Source: Candidatus Eiseniibacteriota bacterium (GTDB lineage: Bacteria; Eisenbacteria; RBG-16-71-46; CAZAMP01). Taken from it: 64,000 nt of DNA. The stretch is taken from assembly GCA_965224245.1 (NCBI GenBank), contig OZ245046.1:704001-768000 (forward strand), read 5' to 3'. Under the pieces are notes generated by a model. The model saw nothing but the letters and a program-made list of their open reading frames with translations, was not told the origin of the DNA and made no database searches. Below, in pieces: positions 10,139-20,357 of the stretch (positions are counted from its first letter, which is position 1; every line of letters begins with the position of its first letter). The position numbers and the translations under genes were made by a program.

Positions 10139-11914
10139 TCACCTCGACCCCGCGCCGGCCCCGAGCTGCTGGAGCGCGGTCCGCGCCGGTCCGAAGCCCG
10201 GCTGAAGCCGGGCGGCGGTCTCGTACTCCCGCACCGCGTCGGCTCTCCGGCCGGCGCGGAGGTACGCGTTTCCCAGATGAAAGTGCGTCAGGTACCAGTC
10301 GGGCTGCCGCTGGAGCGACATCTGGAGGCGGGCGATGGCGTCCTCGACCGAGCCGAGCTCGAGCAGCACGAAGCCGAGCGCGGTCAGGGCCCTCGCGTCG
10401 CGCGGCTCGAGCCGCGTGGCCATCTCGAGCTGCTCGCGCGCCGCGGCGAAGCGCTTGAGCTGAAGGAGGTAGTTCCCGAACGAAAGTCGCAGTGTGGCGT
10501 CGTTGGGGTTGGCGGTCACGCCCTCGCGGTAGACGGCGATGCCCTCCTCGGGCCGGTCGTGCTCGCGCAGCAGCGACGCCCAGTCCACGTACAGCTGGGT
10601 ACACCGGGAGTCCACGTCGACTCCCTCGCGATAGGCCGCGAACGCACCGTCGAGGTCGCCTGCCCGGGCCGACGCGAGCGCGAGGCGATCGAAGCCCATG
10701 CCGCGCTGCCCCAGCATGAACGGCGTGTCCGCGGGAACGTCGACCCCGCGCCGGAAGAACGCCCGCGCCTTCTCGTAGTTCCCCCGGAAGAGATGGACCT
10801 GCCCGAGGCTCATGCAGGCCATCGCGTGCATGGGCTCCTCGCGGAGTATGCGCTCCCACTCCACCACGGCGGCGGTGGTGTCGCCGAGGGCCTCCAGCGT
10901 CATCGCGTACTCGTGTCGGATGTTGGCGTAGGTGGGATCGATCTCGAGCGCGATCGCCAGGTTGTCGCGCGCCTCGCGAACGCGGGCCGGATCCCGGCCC
11001 CCCGGACCCGGTCGCAAGAGGAAGCGCCCCATGGCCATCCTCACGTCGCGCTCGCGTGGGGCCACCTCGACCGCCCGCCGCAGCAGCCGCTCGGCGCGGA
11101 CCGTGTCGCCCCAGCTCTGGGCGATCTGAGCCTCCGTGACGAGGATGTCGCCGGTGCTCGAGAGCATGTAGAGGTTGTGCACGAGGGGATCGAGCATGGC
11201 CAGACCGATGTCCGAGCCCAGCTCTTCGTGTCGCCGGGCGTCGTCCTCCCGGCCCAGTGCCCCGTAAGCGAGCGCGAGCATGCGGTGCGCGGGACCGTAG
11301 TTCGGGTGCGCGGCCACCGCGCCCTCGAGGACTCGTGCCGCCTCGACCCACTGACCGCCATCGCCGTGGACGCGGGCCATGCCCACCGCCGCGTGCGGAT
11401 GCGTGGGATCGGTCTCCAGGGCCTTCCGAAACGCGTGCTCGGCCTCCTCGATCGACCCGGCCCGGAAGTAGAGCTGCCCCAGCCGCGCCCACGAGTGGGC
11501 GTCGCCGGGATCCAGCTCGACCGCCTGCGACAGGAACGTGATCGCGCGTTCGTTCTGTCCGTTCTTCACCTCGAGCACGCCCAGCAGATGCGGCCACCGA
11601 GGCTCCTTGGGCGCGACCTTCATCGCCAGGCGATAGGCGATGCGGGCCGGCTCGAGGAACGCATTCGCGTGATACGCCATGGCCAGCGCACCCACGGCCT
11701 CGCCGGAGCCCGGATGCGCGCGCGCCTCGGCGTCGGCCTGGCTGAGCTGCGCCTGGATCGCCGGGGAGTAGCGTGCCAGCTCGGGAAGGGGCGGGAGCTC
11801 GGCCAGGAGCGTTCGGTTCGTCGCGTAGCGAATGCCCGTGATCAGGAGCGCCCCGGCCACGATGGCGACGGCGGCGAGGACGATCCATCCGCGAGCCTGG
11901 CCGCGCGCGTTCAT
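10139..11914 (-). CDS. Membrane-anchored tetratricopeptide repeat protein
   Basis: Start MNARGQ overlaps the upstream stop (ATGA); N-terminal TM helix; many TPRs. Confidence 0.85.
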   Translation of the reverse strand: MNARGQARGWIVLAAVAIVAGALLITGIRYATNRTLLAELPPLPELARYSPAIQAQLSQADAEARAHPGSGEAVGALAMAYHANAFLEPARIAYRLAMKVAPKEPRWPHLLGVLEVKNGQNERAITFLSQAVELDPGDAHSWARLGQLYFRAGSIEEAEHAFRKALETDPTHPHAAVGMARVHGDGGQWVEAARVLEGAVAAHPNYGPAHRMLALAYGALGREDDARRHEELGSDIGLAMLDPLVHNLYMLSSTGDILVTEAQIAQSWGDTVRAERLLRRAVEVAPRERDVRMAMGRFLLRPGPGGRDPARVREARDNLAIALEIDPTYANIRHEYAMTLEALGDTTAAVVEWERILREEPMHAMACMSLGQVHLFRGNYEKARAFFRRGVDVPADTPFMLGQRGMGFDRLALASARAGDLDGAFAAYREGVDVDSRCTQLYVDWASLLREHDRPEEGIAVYREGVTANPNDATLRLSFGNYLLQLKRFAAAREQLEMATRLEPRDARALTALGFVLLELGSVEDAIARLQMSLQRQPDWYLTHFHLGNAYLRAGRRADAVREYETAARLQPGFGPARTALQQLGAGAGSR

Positions 11915-13269
11915 GGCAGGTCGTCTCCCCAGTGGTTGGTCCAGAGCGTGATGCGTCCGATCCGGTCGAACGGTGGATACAGGTTCATGCTGCCCGTCAC
12001 CGCGTCGATGCGTCCGTCGCCGTCCATGTCCGCGACATCCACGGTGACGAGATGCGTCGGGGCCTCGGCCAGGTCGCGTCCCACGAACGTGCCGGCGCGG
12101 TTCTCCCACCAGACCATGCTCTGCGCGCCCGGACGATCCCACCAGTTGAACGCGCTCACCGAGAGCACGTCCAGGTCCCCGTCCCGGTCCAGGTCGGCGG
12201 CGCAGGGGTCGTAGGCGCCGGGGAACGTGCCCAGCCGGCGAAACTCGAACGACCAGCCCCCGACGTTCTCCAGCCACTGCACGCCGTGGCTGGGGAGCGG
12301 CCGGTAGTCGGTGGCGACGAACGCATCGCCGTTGGCCCAGATGATGTCGGGGTCGCCGTCGGCGTCCAGATCGCCGATGCCGATGCCGGAGCTGCCGTAG
12401 TCGTCGTCGGCCACGCCGTACAGGATGCGCGTCTTGAACCGGCCGTGCCCGTCGTTCTCGAAGGCGTAGACCTCCTCCCACTCCTGGGAGACGAGAGCGA
12501 CGATGTCGAGATCGCCGTCTCCGTCCAGATCGACCACCGGCGTGTGGATCGTGCCCGAGAGCGAGAGCAGGATCTCGCTCTCGAAGTGCCAGTCGCCGTC
12601 GTTGCGCATCCAGCGGATCTCGCCCTGGTCGTACCCGAACTGTCCGACGGCGAGGTCCACGTCGCCGTCGCCGTCGAGATCACCGCACTGAACGTCCGTG
12701 ACGCGGGCGATCTCGTCGGCCAGGACGTGCTGGGTGAAGCGCTCCTCGCCGTCGTTCTCCAGCACGATCACCTTCCCGATGCGATCGTTGTTGGGCAGGA
12801 TCATGCCCATGCTGGCGACCAGCACGTCGAGATCCCCGTCCAGATCCACGTCGCATGCCTCGGCGTGCGCGGGGCCGCCGATGTCCGGTCCGATCGCGCG
12901 CTCGGTGTACACGCCGCGCGGAGCCTGCCGGATCCACTTCACGCGGCGCGCGAGCACGTCACAGACGATCACGTCGGGGAGCCCGTCGGCGTCCAGGTCG
13001 GTGACGGCCACGTGCGCGATCGTGGCCTTCTCGTCCGGCGTGTCGCCGATCGGCTGGGGAGACATGAACGGGATCGGGTCGTCCCGGAGATTCTCGGTAG
13101 GGGACGTCGGCGCCTCGCCCTCTGTGGCCTGTCGCGTGATCCGCGCGAACACCTCACCGTACGAGAGTCCCGTACGCTGGCTCTCGTAGGCCAGAAGTGC
13201 CAGTGGCAGCCCCACGAGCACCAGCGGCAGGATCAGAAGCGGCGACGGTGCCCGGCGAGTCCTCTTCAT
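11911..13269 (-). CDS. FG-GAP/VCBS repeat beta-propeller protein
   Basis: N-terminal hydrophobic helix; seven D-[LM]-D-x-D-G-x-x-D repeats. Confidence 0.85.
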   Translation of the reverse strand: MKRTRRAPSPLLILPLVLVGLPLALLAYESQRTGLSYGEVFARITRQATEGEAPTSPTENLRDDPIPFMSPQPIGDTPDEKATIAHVAVTDLDADGLPDVIVCDVLARRVKWIRQAPRGVYTERAIGPDIGGPAHAEACDVDLDGDLDVLVASMGMILPNNDRIGKVIVLENDGEERFTQHVLADEIARVTDVQCGDLDGDGDVDLAVGQFGYDQGEIRWMRNDGDWHFESEILLSLSGTIHTPVVDLDGDGDLDIVALVSQEWEEVYAFENDGHGRFKTRILYGVADDDYGSSGIGIGDLDADGDPDIIWANGDAFVATDYRPLPSHGVQWLENVGGWSFEFRRLGTFPGAYDPCAADLDRDGDLDVLSVSAFNWWDRPGAQSMVWWENRAGTFVGRDLAEAPTHLVTVDVADMDGDGRIDAVTGSMNLYPPFDRIGRITLWTNHWGDDLP

Positions 13270-13279
13270 CGATCGATCC

Positions 13280-15265
13280 TCATGCCGTCACGAACCACAG
13301 TATACCTCCGGTCACGGCGAGCAAGAGCGCCGCGACCGGTGTCATCCCGCGGAGCATTCGATGGTCGTCCGACGTCTCGGCCGCCCACACCCGACGCGCG
13401 GTCTTCAGCGCGGCCCCGGCTCCGATCAGGACCAGGCACGCCTGGATCCACGGGATCGCCTCTGGCCAGAGCTGCTTCCAGGGATGCCCCGCGGTGCCGA
13501 ACAGATTCCAGCCCCAGCCGAACGGATCGGAGAGCGTGGAGAGCACGAACGATCCCTCCACCATGAACATCTGCACCGCGAACGCCATCCAGGTGAAGAG
13601 CCCGAGCGGCACCAGCGGTGACGTGTTGCGAGGCACCAGCCGAGACAGTGGGGCGGAGACGCCGGCCGCCCGTGCGCCCAGCGCGGTCACCGCGGCCATC
13701 AGCGACGGCACGAGGCCGAGCGCGATGATCCACAGCGACGCGGTGTATACCGCGAAGAGATCCCAGTTGTTCTTGTCGACCACGTTCACCATGTCGCGAA
13801 GCGCGTGCCAGGGACCCAGGAACGTGACGCAGTAGACCACGGCCAGCGTCATCATCACACCGGCCTGGAGTGCCTCGTCGCGGCCCTCGACCAGCCGCTG
13901 GAGACCGAACGGCCGCCAGGTCAGCGACACGTTCCGATACGAGCAGGTGCGCAGGCACTCCAGACAGAGGCCGCACTCGGCGTTGCTGTCGATCTCGGAC
14001 ACGGTCAGGCCGTAGGGACAGGCCCAGCCGCAGTCGTTCCCCTTGTGGCAGGTCTCGAGGTCCCGCTCGTGACAGCGATGACAGACGTTCTGTCGCTGGG
14101 ATCGGAGTGCCAGCCGACCCATGGGGGCATAGAGGCTGATGAAGCTGTTGATCGGGCACAGAAAACGGCAGAACGCACGCAGCTCGAAGACCAGCGGCAG
14201 GAGCGTCGCGAGCAGCATCAACAGCACCAGCGCCCAGCCGGTCCAGCGCGGCTGGCTGATCACCAGCACGCTCACGGTGCCGAATCCCAGGAAGAAGAGC
14301 GTGCGGGGAACGCGGTTCGACAGCCGCCGGGGCCACGGCCGCATCAGCCCGAAGAACCGGTTGCGATAGCCGCCGGTCCCGCCCGCGCCCACCGTTCGCA
14401 CGCCCACGGTCGCGCCACGCTGGATGGCGTCTCCGAACATCGGGATGGGGCACACCGTGCACCACACGCGTCCGCCGAGCGGAACGAACACGACGACGAG
14501 CACGAACAGCCACACCACCCACAACAGGAGCACGCCGAGATTGCCGCCGGCCATCTTCGTGCCCAGGAGCGACGTCAGGAGGATCACGTACGCGAGCACG
14601 CTCATCACGCTCATGAGCCAGAACTGCAGCCCCTGCGTGGCGAGGAGCCCCCGGAGCCTCGGCCAGCGCTCGAAGAGGTTCACGATGACGGGACGCTCGC
14701 TCGGGTGCAGGTCGCCGGCCGGGCCGCCCTGCGGGGTCGGGTCGCGTCGTCGCCGGAGCCCGAGGAGTCCGATCAGCGGAAGCCCGACCAGAAGCCCCAT
14801 CGAGCCACCGAAGAGATAGTTGGGCTCCACGATCAGGAAGCCCTGCTCGAACGCGTGCATCTCGCCGCAGTACACGTGGCAGCGAAACCGGGACTTCGTG
14901 TTGAAGAACCCCGCGAGCCCCGGGCGGCCCGCCTCCACGACGACCTCTTTCATGACCTCGGGCTCGCCGTGCGGATCGCTGGGACGCGCGACCTCCACCT
15001 CCCGCGAGTTGGGGCTGACCTTCACGTCGAGGTCGTACTCCTGGAGAAAGAAGCTGTGCGGTGTGTCGCGCGCCGAGAACGTGAACACCAGGCGATCGCC
15101 CCGATTGGCGTGGATGACCTCGGGCTGGCTGCCATAGCGGAAGAGATCGATGTGGATTCGACGGATCTGGGGCTCGTCGGCGAACAGCATCGTGACGCCG
15201 ACACCGGCGGCGAAGAACGCCGTGCCGATGGTCAGGTTCAGGGCGATGGTGCGAAGGCGTCTCAT
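13280..15265 (-). CDS. Cupredoxin (CuA-like) domain fused to NapH/MauN/NosR-like membrane 4Fe-4S binding protein
   Basis: PHSFFL...RCHVYCGEMH; multiple TM helices; WCTVCP, FCRFLCP, CHRCH..C..CP, CGLCLECLRTC. Confidence 0.8.
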   Translation of the reverse strand: MRRLRTIALNLTIGTAFFAAGVGVTMLFADEPQIRRIHIDLFRYGSQPEVIHANRGDRLVFTFSARDTPHSFFLQEYDLDVKVSPNSREVEVARPSDPHGEPEVMKEVVVEAGRPGLAGFFNTKSRFRCHVYCGEMHAFEQGFLIVEPNYLFGGSMGLLVGLPLIGLLGLRRRRDPTPQGGPAGDLHPSERPVIVNLFERWPRLRGLLATQGLQFWLMSVMSVLAYVILLTSLLGTKMAGGNLGVLLLWVVWLFVLVVVFVPLGGRVWCTVCPIPMFGDAIQRGATVGVRTVGAGGTGGYRNRFFGLMRPWPRRLSNRVPRTLFFLGFGTVSVLVISQPRWTGWALVLLMLLATLLPLVFELRAFCRFLCPINSFISLYAPMGRLALRSQRQNVCHRCHERDLETCHKGNDCGWACPYGLTVSEIDSNAECGLCLECLRTCSYRNVSLTWRPFGLQRLVEGRDEALQAGVMMTLAVVYCVTFLGPWHALRDMVNVVDKNNWDLFAVYTASLWIIALGLVPSLMAAVTALGARAAGVSAPLSRLVPRNTSPLVPLGLFTWMAFAVQMFMVEGSFVLSTLSDPFGWGWNLFGTAGHPWKQLWPEAIPWIQACLVLIGAGAALKTARRVWAAETSDDHRMLRGMTPVAALLLAVTGGILWFVTA

Positions 15266-15516
15266 CGAAACCTCGATCGGACGCGGTCCTCACGCCGTGA
15301 GGGTCGCGAAAGAACAACCGGCGACTATATCACATCGGCCGGCGCCGCCACCGTCATCGACGCCGGGAGCGGGGCTCGCGGGCACTCGACCGCGGTGGCT
15401 GGTCTCAGCCCGTCGGGGCGGAGATCGTGGACCCTCGGGGAAGGGAGCCGTGGCGGCGGCACGTGCCGGCGTGTGACAGCGCCGCCGGCACCGGGGGACG
15501 TGAGGGTCCGCGGAGG

Positions 15517-16398
15517 CTAGGCGATCGACCACTCCGCGGCGTCGAGGTGACGTCGCTCCTCGTCCGTCAGCTCGATCGCGTCGGCCAGCGTGGAGCTGAG
15601 ACCGTTCTTCTCGCTGCGTGCTCCCGGGATGACGAAGACGGTCGGGCCCTGGGCGAGCACCCAGGCGAGCACGACCTCGTGCGGAGTCGCGTCGCGCGAG
15701 GCGGCGATGGCTCGCGACACCTCGTGGTGCGGGAGCTTCTGATTCAGCCGGCCGCCCCCCACCGGGCTGTAGGCGAGAAAGCCGATGTGATGCTCGGCGC
15801 AATGTGCGACCACCCCGGTCTCGATCGCCTCGCGGAAGAACGGGTTGAGACGGTTCTGCACGGTCGTGATCGGGACGATGGCCCGGGCCTCGTCGATCTG
15901 GGATACGCTCACGTTGGAGAGTCCGATCCAGCGGATCTTGCCCTCGTCACGAAGACGCGCCAGCGCGCCGACGCTCTCGGCGAACGGGACGCGGTCGTCG
16001 GGCGCGTGCAGCTGGTACAGGTCGATGCAGTCCGTACCGAGCCCGGCCAGCGAGTCCTCGCACGCCCGGCAGAGGGAGTCCGGGCGGCCGTCTCGCTCCC
16101 ACCGCCCGTCCGGCCGGGTCATGCCCCCCTTGGTCGCGATCACCACCGCGTCGCGGTCACCGTCCCACGTCCGGACGGCCTCGGCGCACAGGCGCTCGTT
16201 GTGACCGATGTCCGTGTGATCGAGGCAGTATACGTTCGCGGTGTCGATGAGCCGGACCCCGGCCTCCAGAACCGCATGAATGACCCGGATCCCGGTGTCG
16301 TGGTCGGGACGACCATGGAGCGACAGCGGCATCCCGCCGAACCCCACGCGGGCGAGACGAGGACAGTCGGGCTGGGGACCGAGTGGGATCGTCTTCAT
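15517..16398 (-). CDS. Aldo/keto reductase
   Basis: GFGGM, IDTANVY, IATKGG, IDLYQLH, GKIRWIGLSN, AYSPVGGG, IPGARS. Confidence 0.92.
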   Translation of the reverse strand: MKTIPLGPQPDCPRLARVGFGGMPLSLHGRPDHDTGIRVIHAVLEAGVRLIDTANVYCLDHTDIGHNERLCAEAVRTWDGDRDAVVIATKGGMTRPDGRWERDGRPDSLCRACEDSLAGLGTDCIDLYQLHAPDDRVPFAESVGALARLRDEGKIRWIGLSNVSVSQIDEARAIVPITTVQNRLNPFFREAIETGVVAHCAEHHIGFLAYSPVGGGRLNQKLPHHEVSRAIAASRDATPHEVVLAWVLAQGPTVFVIPGARSEKNGLSSTLADAIELTDEERRHLDAAEWSIA

Positions 16399-16613
16399 GC
16401 CGATCCTCCCATGTCTGGCGGCGTGACGAGACCTCGTGAGCGTCGGGAGCTCGGGCGGTCGCGGCGACGCGCGGGGGGCGATGTCGTGGGCGCATCGAGA
16501 CGATCATTCTCGATCAGTCGAGCTCGTGCTTCAACCGTAACCGGACTCCGGCGTGAAATCCGCGCACGCACCGAACGTCCGGCCTCGTGAGCGGTGTTCG
16601 CAAGCCGGGCCGG

Positions 16614-18098
16614 TCAGCGTGGGCGGATGAACGACGAGTAGAACTCCGGAAGCGTGAACGGACTCACGCGAAGCGCGACCGACTCGGGAGCGGCCATGCC
16701 GACCCAGGCGTCCGCCTGATCACGGAGCTCGGCCAGTCGTCCGCGTAGCTCGCGCCGGAGGGCACGTGCGGCACGTGTGCGATCCGTGGGCGAGTCCGCG
16801 TCGGCGAGCGAGGTTCGCCAGCTCTCCACGCGTGCCCGATGGCCGTCACGCTCCGCCGTGGCCACGACTCCGAGCGCCGTCAGGTGATCGATGACCGAGA
16901 TCGCGCTGGATGCGTGGGCCTCGGCCGCCTCCACCGCGAAGCGCGCGACGTCGGCGGCTCGCGCCCGCATCGCGTCGCCGATCCGGTTCACCGACCGCGA
17001 CGACGTGTCCACGAGCACGAATGCGACCACGTCCAGGAGGTCGCCGTCCAGCGTCACACGAAGGTCGTGACCGGTCGCGACGGCGTCGAGCGGGCGAACG
17101 CCGTCCCCATCCAGCCGCCATGCGGCGGCGTCCGCTCGACCGGCCACGTCGACCACCGCGTCGTCGTCGGAGGCGCCGATCGCGAGCTCGAAGCCCGGCT
17201 TGCTGCGTCGCACGATCACGAGCGAGAGGCCGTCCCGATCGATCCGCGCCGCGCGGATCCCGCGGGTTCGTGACGTCGCGCCGCCGCGGGTCTCGGAACC
17301 CGCGAGCAGGTGTCCGCCGAGCACCTCCAGCTCGTTGCCGATGATCGCGGCCTCCGCGAGTCGCTCTCGACCCCACCCGTAGCGATCGAACAGGCCGAAC
17401 TCGGGCCACAGGAACACGCCACGCGCGCCGTGCGAGACCGCGGTCCAGAAGATCAGCCGAAACTGGGAGCCGTCGACGATCGTGCTCTGCTGGCGGGCGT
17501 CGAGGCCGAACCGACGATGCTGAGAGTAGATTCCGCTGCACTGGACCGTCGTCCACAGCCGCTCCCGTCCGACCCCGTAGCGGAGCTCGTCGAGGAAGCC
17601 GTCCGCGTACTCGTCGATCGTCTGCTGTGGGAACGGATAGGCATACGGCGAGTAGACGTCGAGGAGCTCCGCGAACGGACGATCGCTCTCGACCGTCCGC
17701 CCGTTCTCGAACGCGAAGGTCGGATGCTCGGTGTCGACCCGGCGGATCATCTCGAGACGCTTCCGACACGTGGCGAGATCGGCCTCCCCGGCGGCGTCGT
17801 CCACCAGGAACCAGGCGGCGAGCGCGGGCTCGCGGGCGAACCACGCCGCCTCGGTGGGGTTTCGCGGGCGGGCGACCACACGGAGACCGTGATGCGCGGC
17901 CTCCCGGGCCAGGACGGTGTCGGCGCCCACGTAGCACGCGGTGAAGCGGTGCTCGGCCAGATCGGCGGGCGACGCGCCATGGAGCCACAGGAGGCCGTAC
18001 AGGAAGAACGTCGGGTCGGGGGATACCCGCGTGGCGGCGGTGGCGGTCGCCGCGAGCATCGCCATCAGCGCCGAGGCCGCGATGGCTCGCGTGTTCAT
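16614..18098 (-). CDS. Secreted hypothetical protein, possible glycoside-hydrolase-like TIM barrel
   Basis: Signal peptide; AWFLVDD, DTEHPT, DVYSPYAYP, AVSHGARGVFLW. Start overlaps the upstream stop. Confidence 0.5.
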   Translation of the reverse strand: MNTRAIAASALMAMLAATATAATRVSPDPTFFLYGLLWLHGASPADLAEHRFTACYVGADTVLAREAAHHGLRVVARPRNPTEAAWFAREPALAAWFLVDDAAGEADLATCRKRLEMIRRVDTEHPTFAFENGRTVESDRPFAELLDVYSPYAYPFPQQTIDEYADGFLDELRYGVGRERLWTTVQCSGIYSQHRRFGLDARQQSTIVDGSQFRLIFWTAVSHGARGVFLWPEFGLFDRYGWGRERLAEAAIIGNELEVLGGHLLAGSETRGGATSRTRGIRAARIDRDGLSLVIVRRSKPGFELAIGASDDDAVVDVAGRADAAAWRLDGDGVRPLDAVATGHDLRVTLDGDLLDVVAFVLVDTSSRSVNRIGDAMRARAADVARFAVEAAEAHASSAISVIDHLTALGVVATAERDGHRARVESWRTSLADADSPTDRTRAARALRRELRGRLAELRDQADAWVGMAAPESVALRVSPFTLPEFYSSFIRPR

Positions 18099-19498
18099 CG
18101 CAGCTCCAGTCGCACCATGTACTCGCCACGCTCGGCTGACTTCCCCGGCCGACGGATCGTCATGTCGCGACGTCCGCTCACGATCACGCCGCTCCGGCCG
18201 TGATCAGTGTCGCCATCGAGCCCCACGTAGATGTAGTCCGTGTCGAGGGTCCGAAAGCGGACCTCGTTGTCGCCGCGCCGGATCGTCCCCAGGTCGACCG
18301 GAAGCGCGTGCCAGCCGGCGCGTCCGAGCTCGGTCACCGATCCGCGGGCGATCGTGCGGCCGTTGACGTCGATCTCCATCCGGCCCCACCGAGCGGCGTC
18401 GGGCACGGCGGGATCGAACCAGCTGCGCGTCGTCTTGTCCCACGGGTCTCGTTCCATCCGGTAGTGGAGCCGCGCTTGCTCGTACCGGGTGGGGTCGGCG
18501 TCGACGACCAGCACCTTCACCAGCTCGTCCGTCGGACGCGACAGGAGACCGTACGCCGGTGGATCCGCCTCGCCGTCGTCGTCGACGACGAGAAGCCGCT
18601 CCGTGGACGACCCGACACGTCCGGCGAGGCGCGCGTCGGCCGGCGACGTGGCGCAGGTGACCGAGAGACGGCCCGACTCCCGCCGGATGAGCACCGCATG
18701 GGCGACGCCGGGCGGTAGCGGAAACGTCGCCGATCCGTTCGCGGGAACCACGTCGGAGAACGCGCGCACCCAGGTCTCGGCGGTGATCTCGCGGAAGACC
18801 AGTGTGGTCGCGGAGCCGTCGGCGCCGCCCGCGACGGTCAGCCGCCCCGTGTCGGCGCGCGGCGCAATGGACGCGAGCGCCCAGCTCTCGAGGTTGGCCG
18901 GATGGGGAAGTGGGCGAACCGGACCCCGGCGACCGGTGCGAGGAGAAGCCGGCGCGGGGGCGCGATCGATCGTCGCGGGCGCTCCATCGGCGAGTTCGAC
19001 CGCGACGAGGTAGAGGAGATGCCTCGGGTTCTCGGCCTTCTCGGTCTCGTAGAGGTCCAGAGGCAACGATCGCGTCCAGTCCTCGCGTTCATCACCGGAA
19101 CGCCACAAGAAGCCCGTGCGGCGATCCCCCACCGTGATCGGCGTGACGTCGCTCGTGAATCCCGACGCGCGAGGCTCGCGCGCGCGAGGACGTGATCGGG
19201 CGGCGTCGACGACGCCGTCACCTCCCAGAAGGAACACGACCGATCCCGGCGCGCTCGCGAGCCGATAGGGGATCGGATCGATCGGATGTTCGGGCGTCGG
19301 CAGCGGAGCCGCCGTGTCGACACGCACCACGATCGGCTCGCGAGCGGGCGCAACGTCCGGATCCGGTGCGCGGACGTACCGTGGCGTCTCGAGACCGGTG
19401 CCTTCGGCACAGGCCGTCACGAGCGTCGCGGCCGTCACCGCGATCCAGGCCAGCGGCGGTACCGTGTCGGGGCGAACGCGGTGCGGGATGTCGATCAC
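18095..19498 (-). CDS. Hypothetical lipoprotein
   Basis: Lipobox-like LVTAC after a hydrophobic stretch; C-terminal beta-sandwich-like IRRGDNEVRF. Start uncertain. Confidence 0.5.
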   Translation of the reverse strand: MIDIPHRVRPDTVPPLAWIAVTAATLVTACAEGTGLETPRYVRAPDPDVAPAREPIVVRVDTAAPLPTPEHPIDPIPYRLASAPGSVVFLLGGDGVVDAARSRPRAREPRASGFTSDVTPITVGDRRTGFLWRSGDEREDWTRSLPLDLYETEKAENPRHLLYLVAVELADGAPATIDRAPAPASPRTGRRGPVRPLPHPANLESWALASIAPRADTGRLTVAGGADGSATTLVFREITAETWVRAFSDVVPANGSATFPLPPGVAHAVLIRRESGRLSVTCATSPADARLAGRVGSSTERLLVVDDDGEADPPAYGLLSRPTDELVKVLVVDADPTRYEQARLHYRMERDPWDKTTRSWFDPAVPDAARWGRMEIDVNGRTIARGSVTELGRAGWHALPVDLGTIRRGDNEVRFRTLDTDYIYVGLDGDTDHGRSGVIVSGRRDMTIRRPGKSAERGEYMVRLELR

Positions 19499-19780
19499 TC
19501 CTTCGTGTGCTCGCTCGGAGTGCGGTGGCGCCTCGGCGCACGCAGGGCCGGATTGTACGGGACGCCGACCGTGCCTCGAAGCACATCCCGTGCGGTGATC
19601 GAGCGAGAGGAGCGCGCGCGCCGCGGCGGCCCGCGAGGCCGGCGAGCCGGGCGCGATGCCACGTTCGTCGTCGCGCATCCGCCTCCGAGGGCATAGAATC
19701 CAGCGTCGGCGACCGATCGACATACGGGAGTCGAAGCCGCGACGCGACATGGGGTGCGCGCGGCACAGAAAGGAGCCGTC

Positions 19781-20173
19781 ATGAGAGTCGCACGATGGGT
19801 CGTCCCGCTGGCCGCGCTGATTGCCTCCTCTGCGTTCGCCACCGAGGAGACGTCCCTCATGGTCGAGCGGGCGGTGACGCTCGACGAGCTACCCGCCGCG
19901 GTCCGATCGACGATCCTCGAGGAGGCCGACGGGGCCGAGCTCACGGAGATCGAGGAGATCACGATCGACGACGTGCGGCGCTACGAGGCCGAGTGGATCG
20001 TCGGCGACACCGAGTTCGAGGTGCTCGTCTCCGCGGACGGCGAGGTTCTCGGTCGTGATTCCGAGAGCGTGGTCGACGGCGACGACGACGACGACCACGA
20101 CGACGATGACGATGGCGACGAGGACGACGGCGCCCCCGGCTCGTCGGCCGCCGACGACGAGGCCGACGACTGA
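19781..20173 (+). CDS. Secreted PepSY/BLIP-like domain protein with Asp-rich tail
   Basis: AAGGAG RBS; signal peptide ending AFA; LDELPAAVRSTI...YEAE...EVLVSADGEVL; poly-Asp tail. Confidence 0.75.
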   Translation: MRVARWVVPLAALIASSAFATEETSLMVERAVTLDELPAAVRSTILEEADGAELTEIEEITIDDVRRYEAEWIVGDTEFEVLVSADGEVLGRDSESVVDGDDDDDHDDDDDGDEDDGAPGSSAADDEADD

Positions 20174-20246
20174 CCGCGAGCAAGCGCTCGGGATGAGGCG
20201 TCCACCGCCCCGGCGGCCACGGCCCGATCCGTGACCGGGCTCCGCG

Positions 20247-20266
20247 CATGATGCAATTGCATCATG
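20247..20266. promoter_or_regulatory. Perfect 20-bp palindrome, candidate operator
   Basis: CATGATGCAA|TTGCATCATG, AT-rich, about 90 bp upstream of the monooxygenase start. Confidence 0.55.
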
Positions 20267-20357
20267 GACCCGTACGTGATTCGGGAGACATGATGAGAGG
20301 TTGAGCCGCTCCGACGCGGTTCCGTCTCACTCGCATTCGACGAATGGGGGCCCCACG

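Noticed and set aside
14075-14089. CHRCH in the cupredoxin/Fe-S protein as a heme-c site
   Set aside because: It sits in a CxxC..C...CP ferredoxin-type context of a NapH-like domain, so it is more likely an Fe-S ligand.
16494-16514. ATCGAGA-N7-TCTCGAT inverted repeat as a Fur box upstream of the aldo/keto reductase
   Set aside because: Short arms and several mismatches to the Fur consensus; could be chance.
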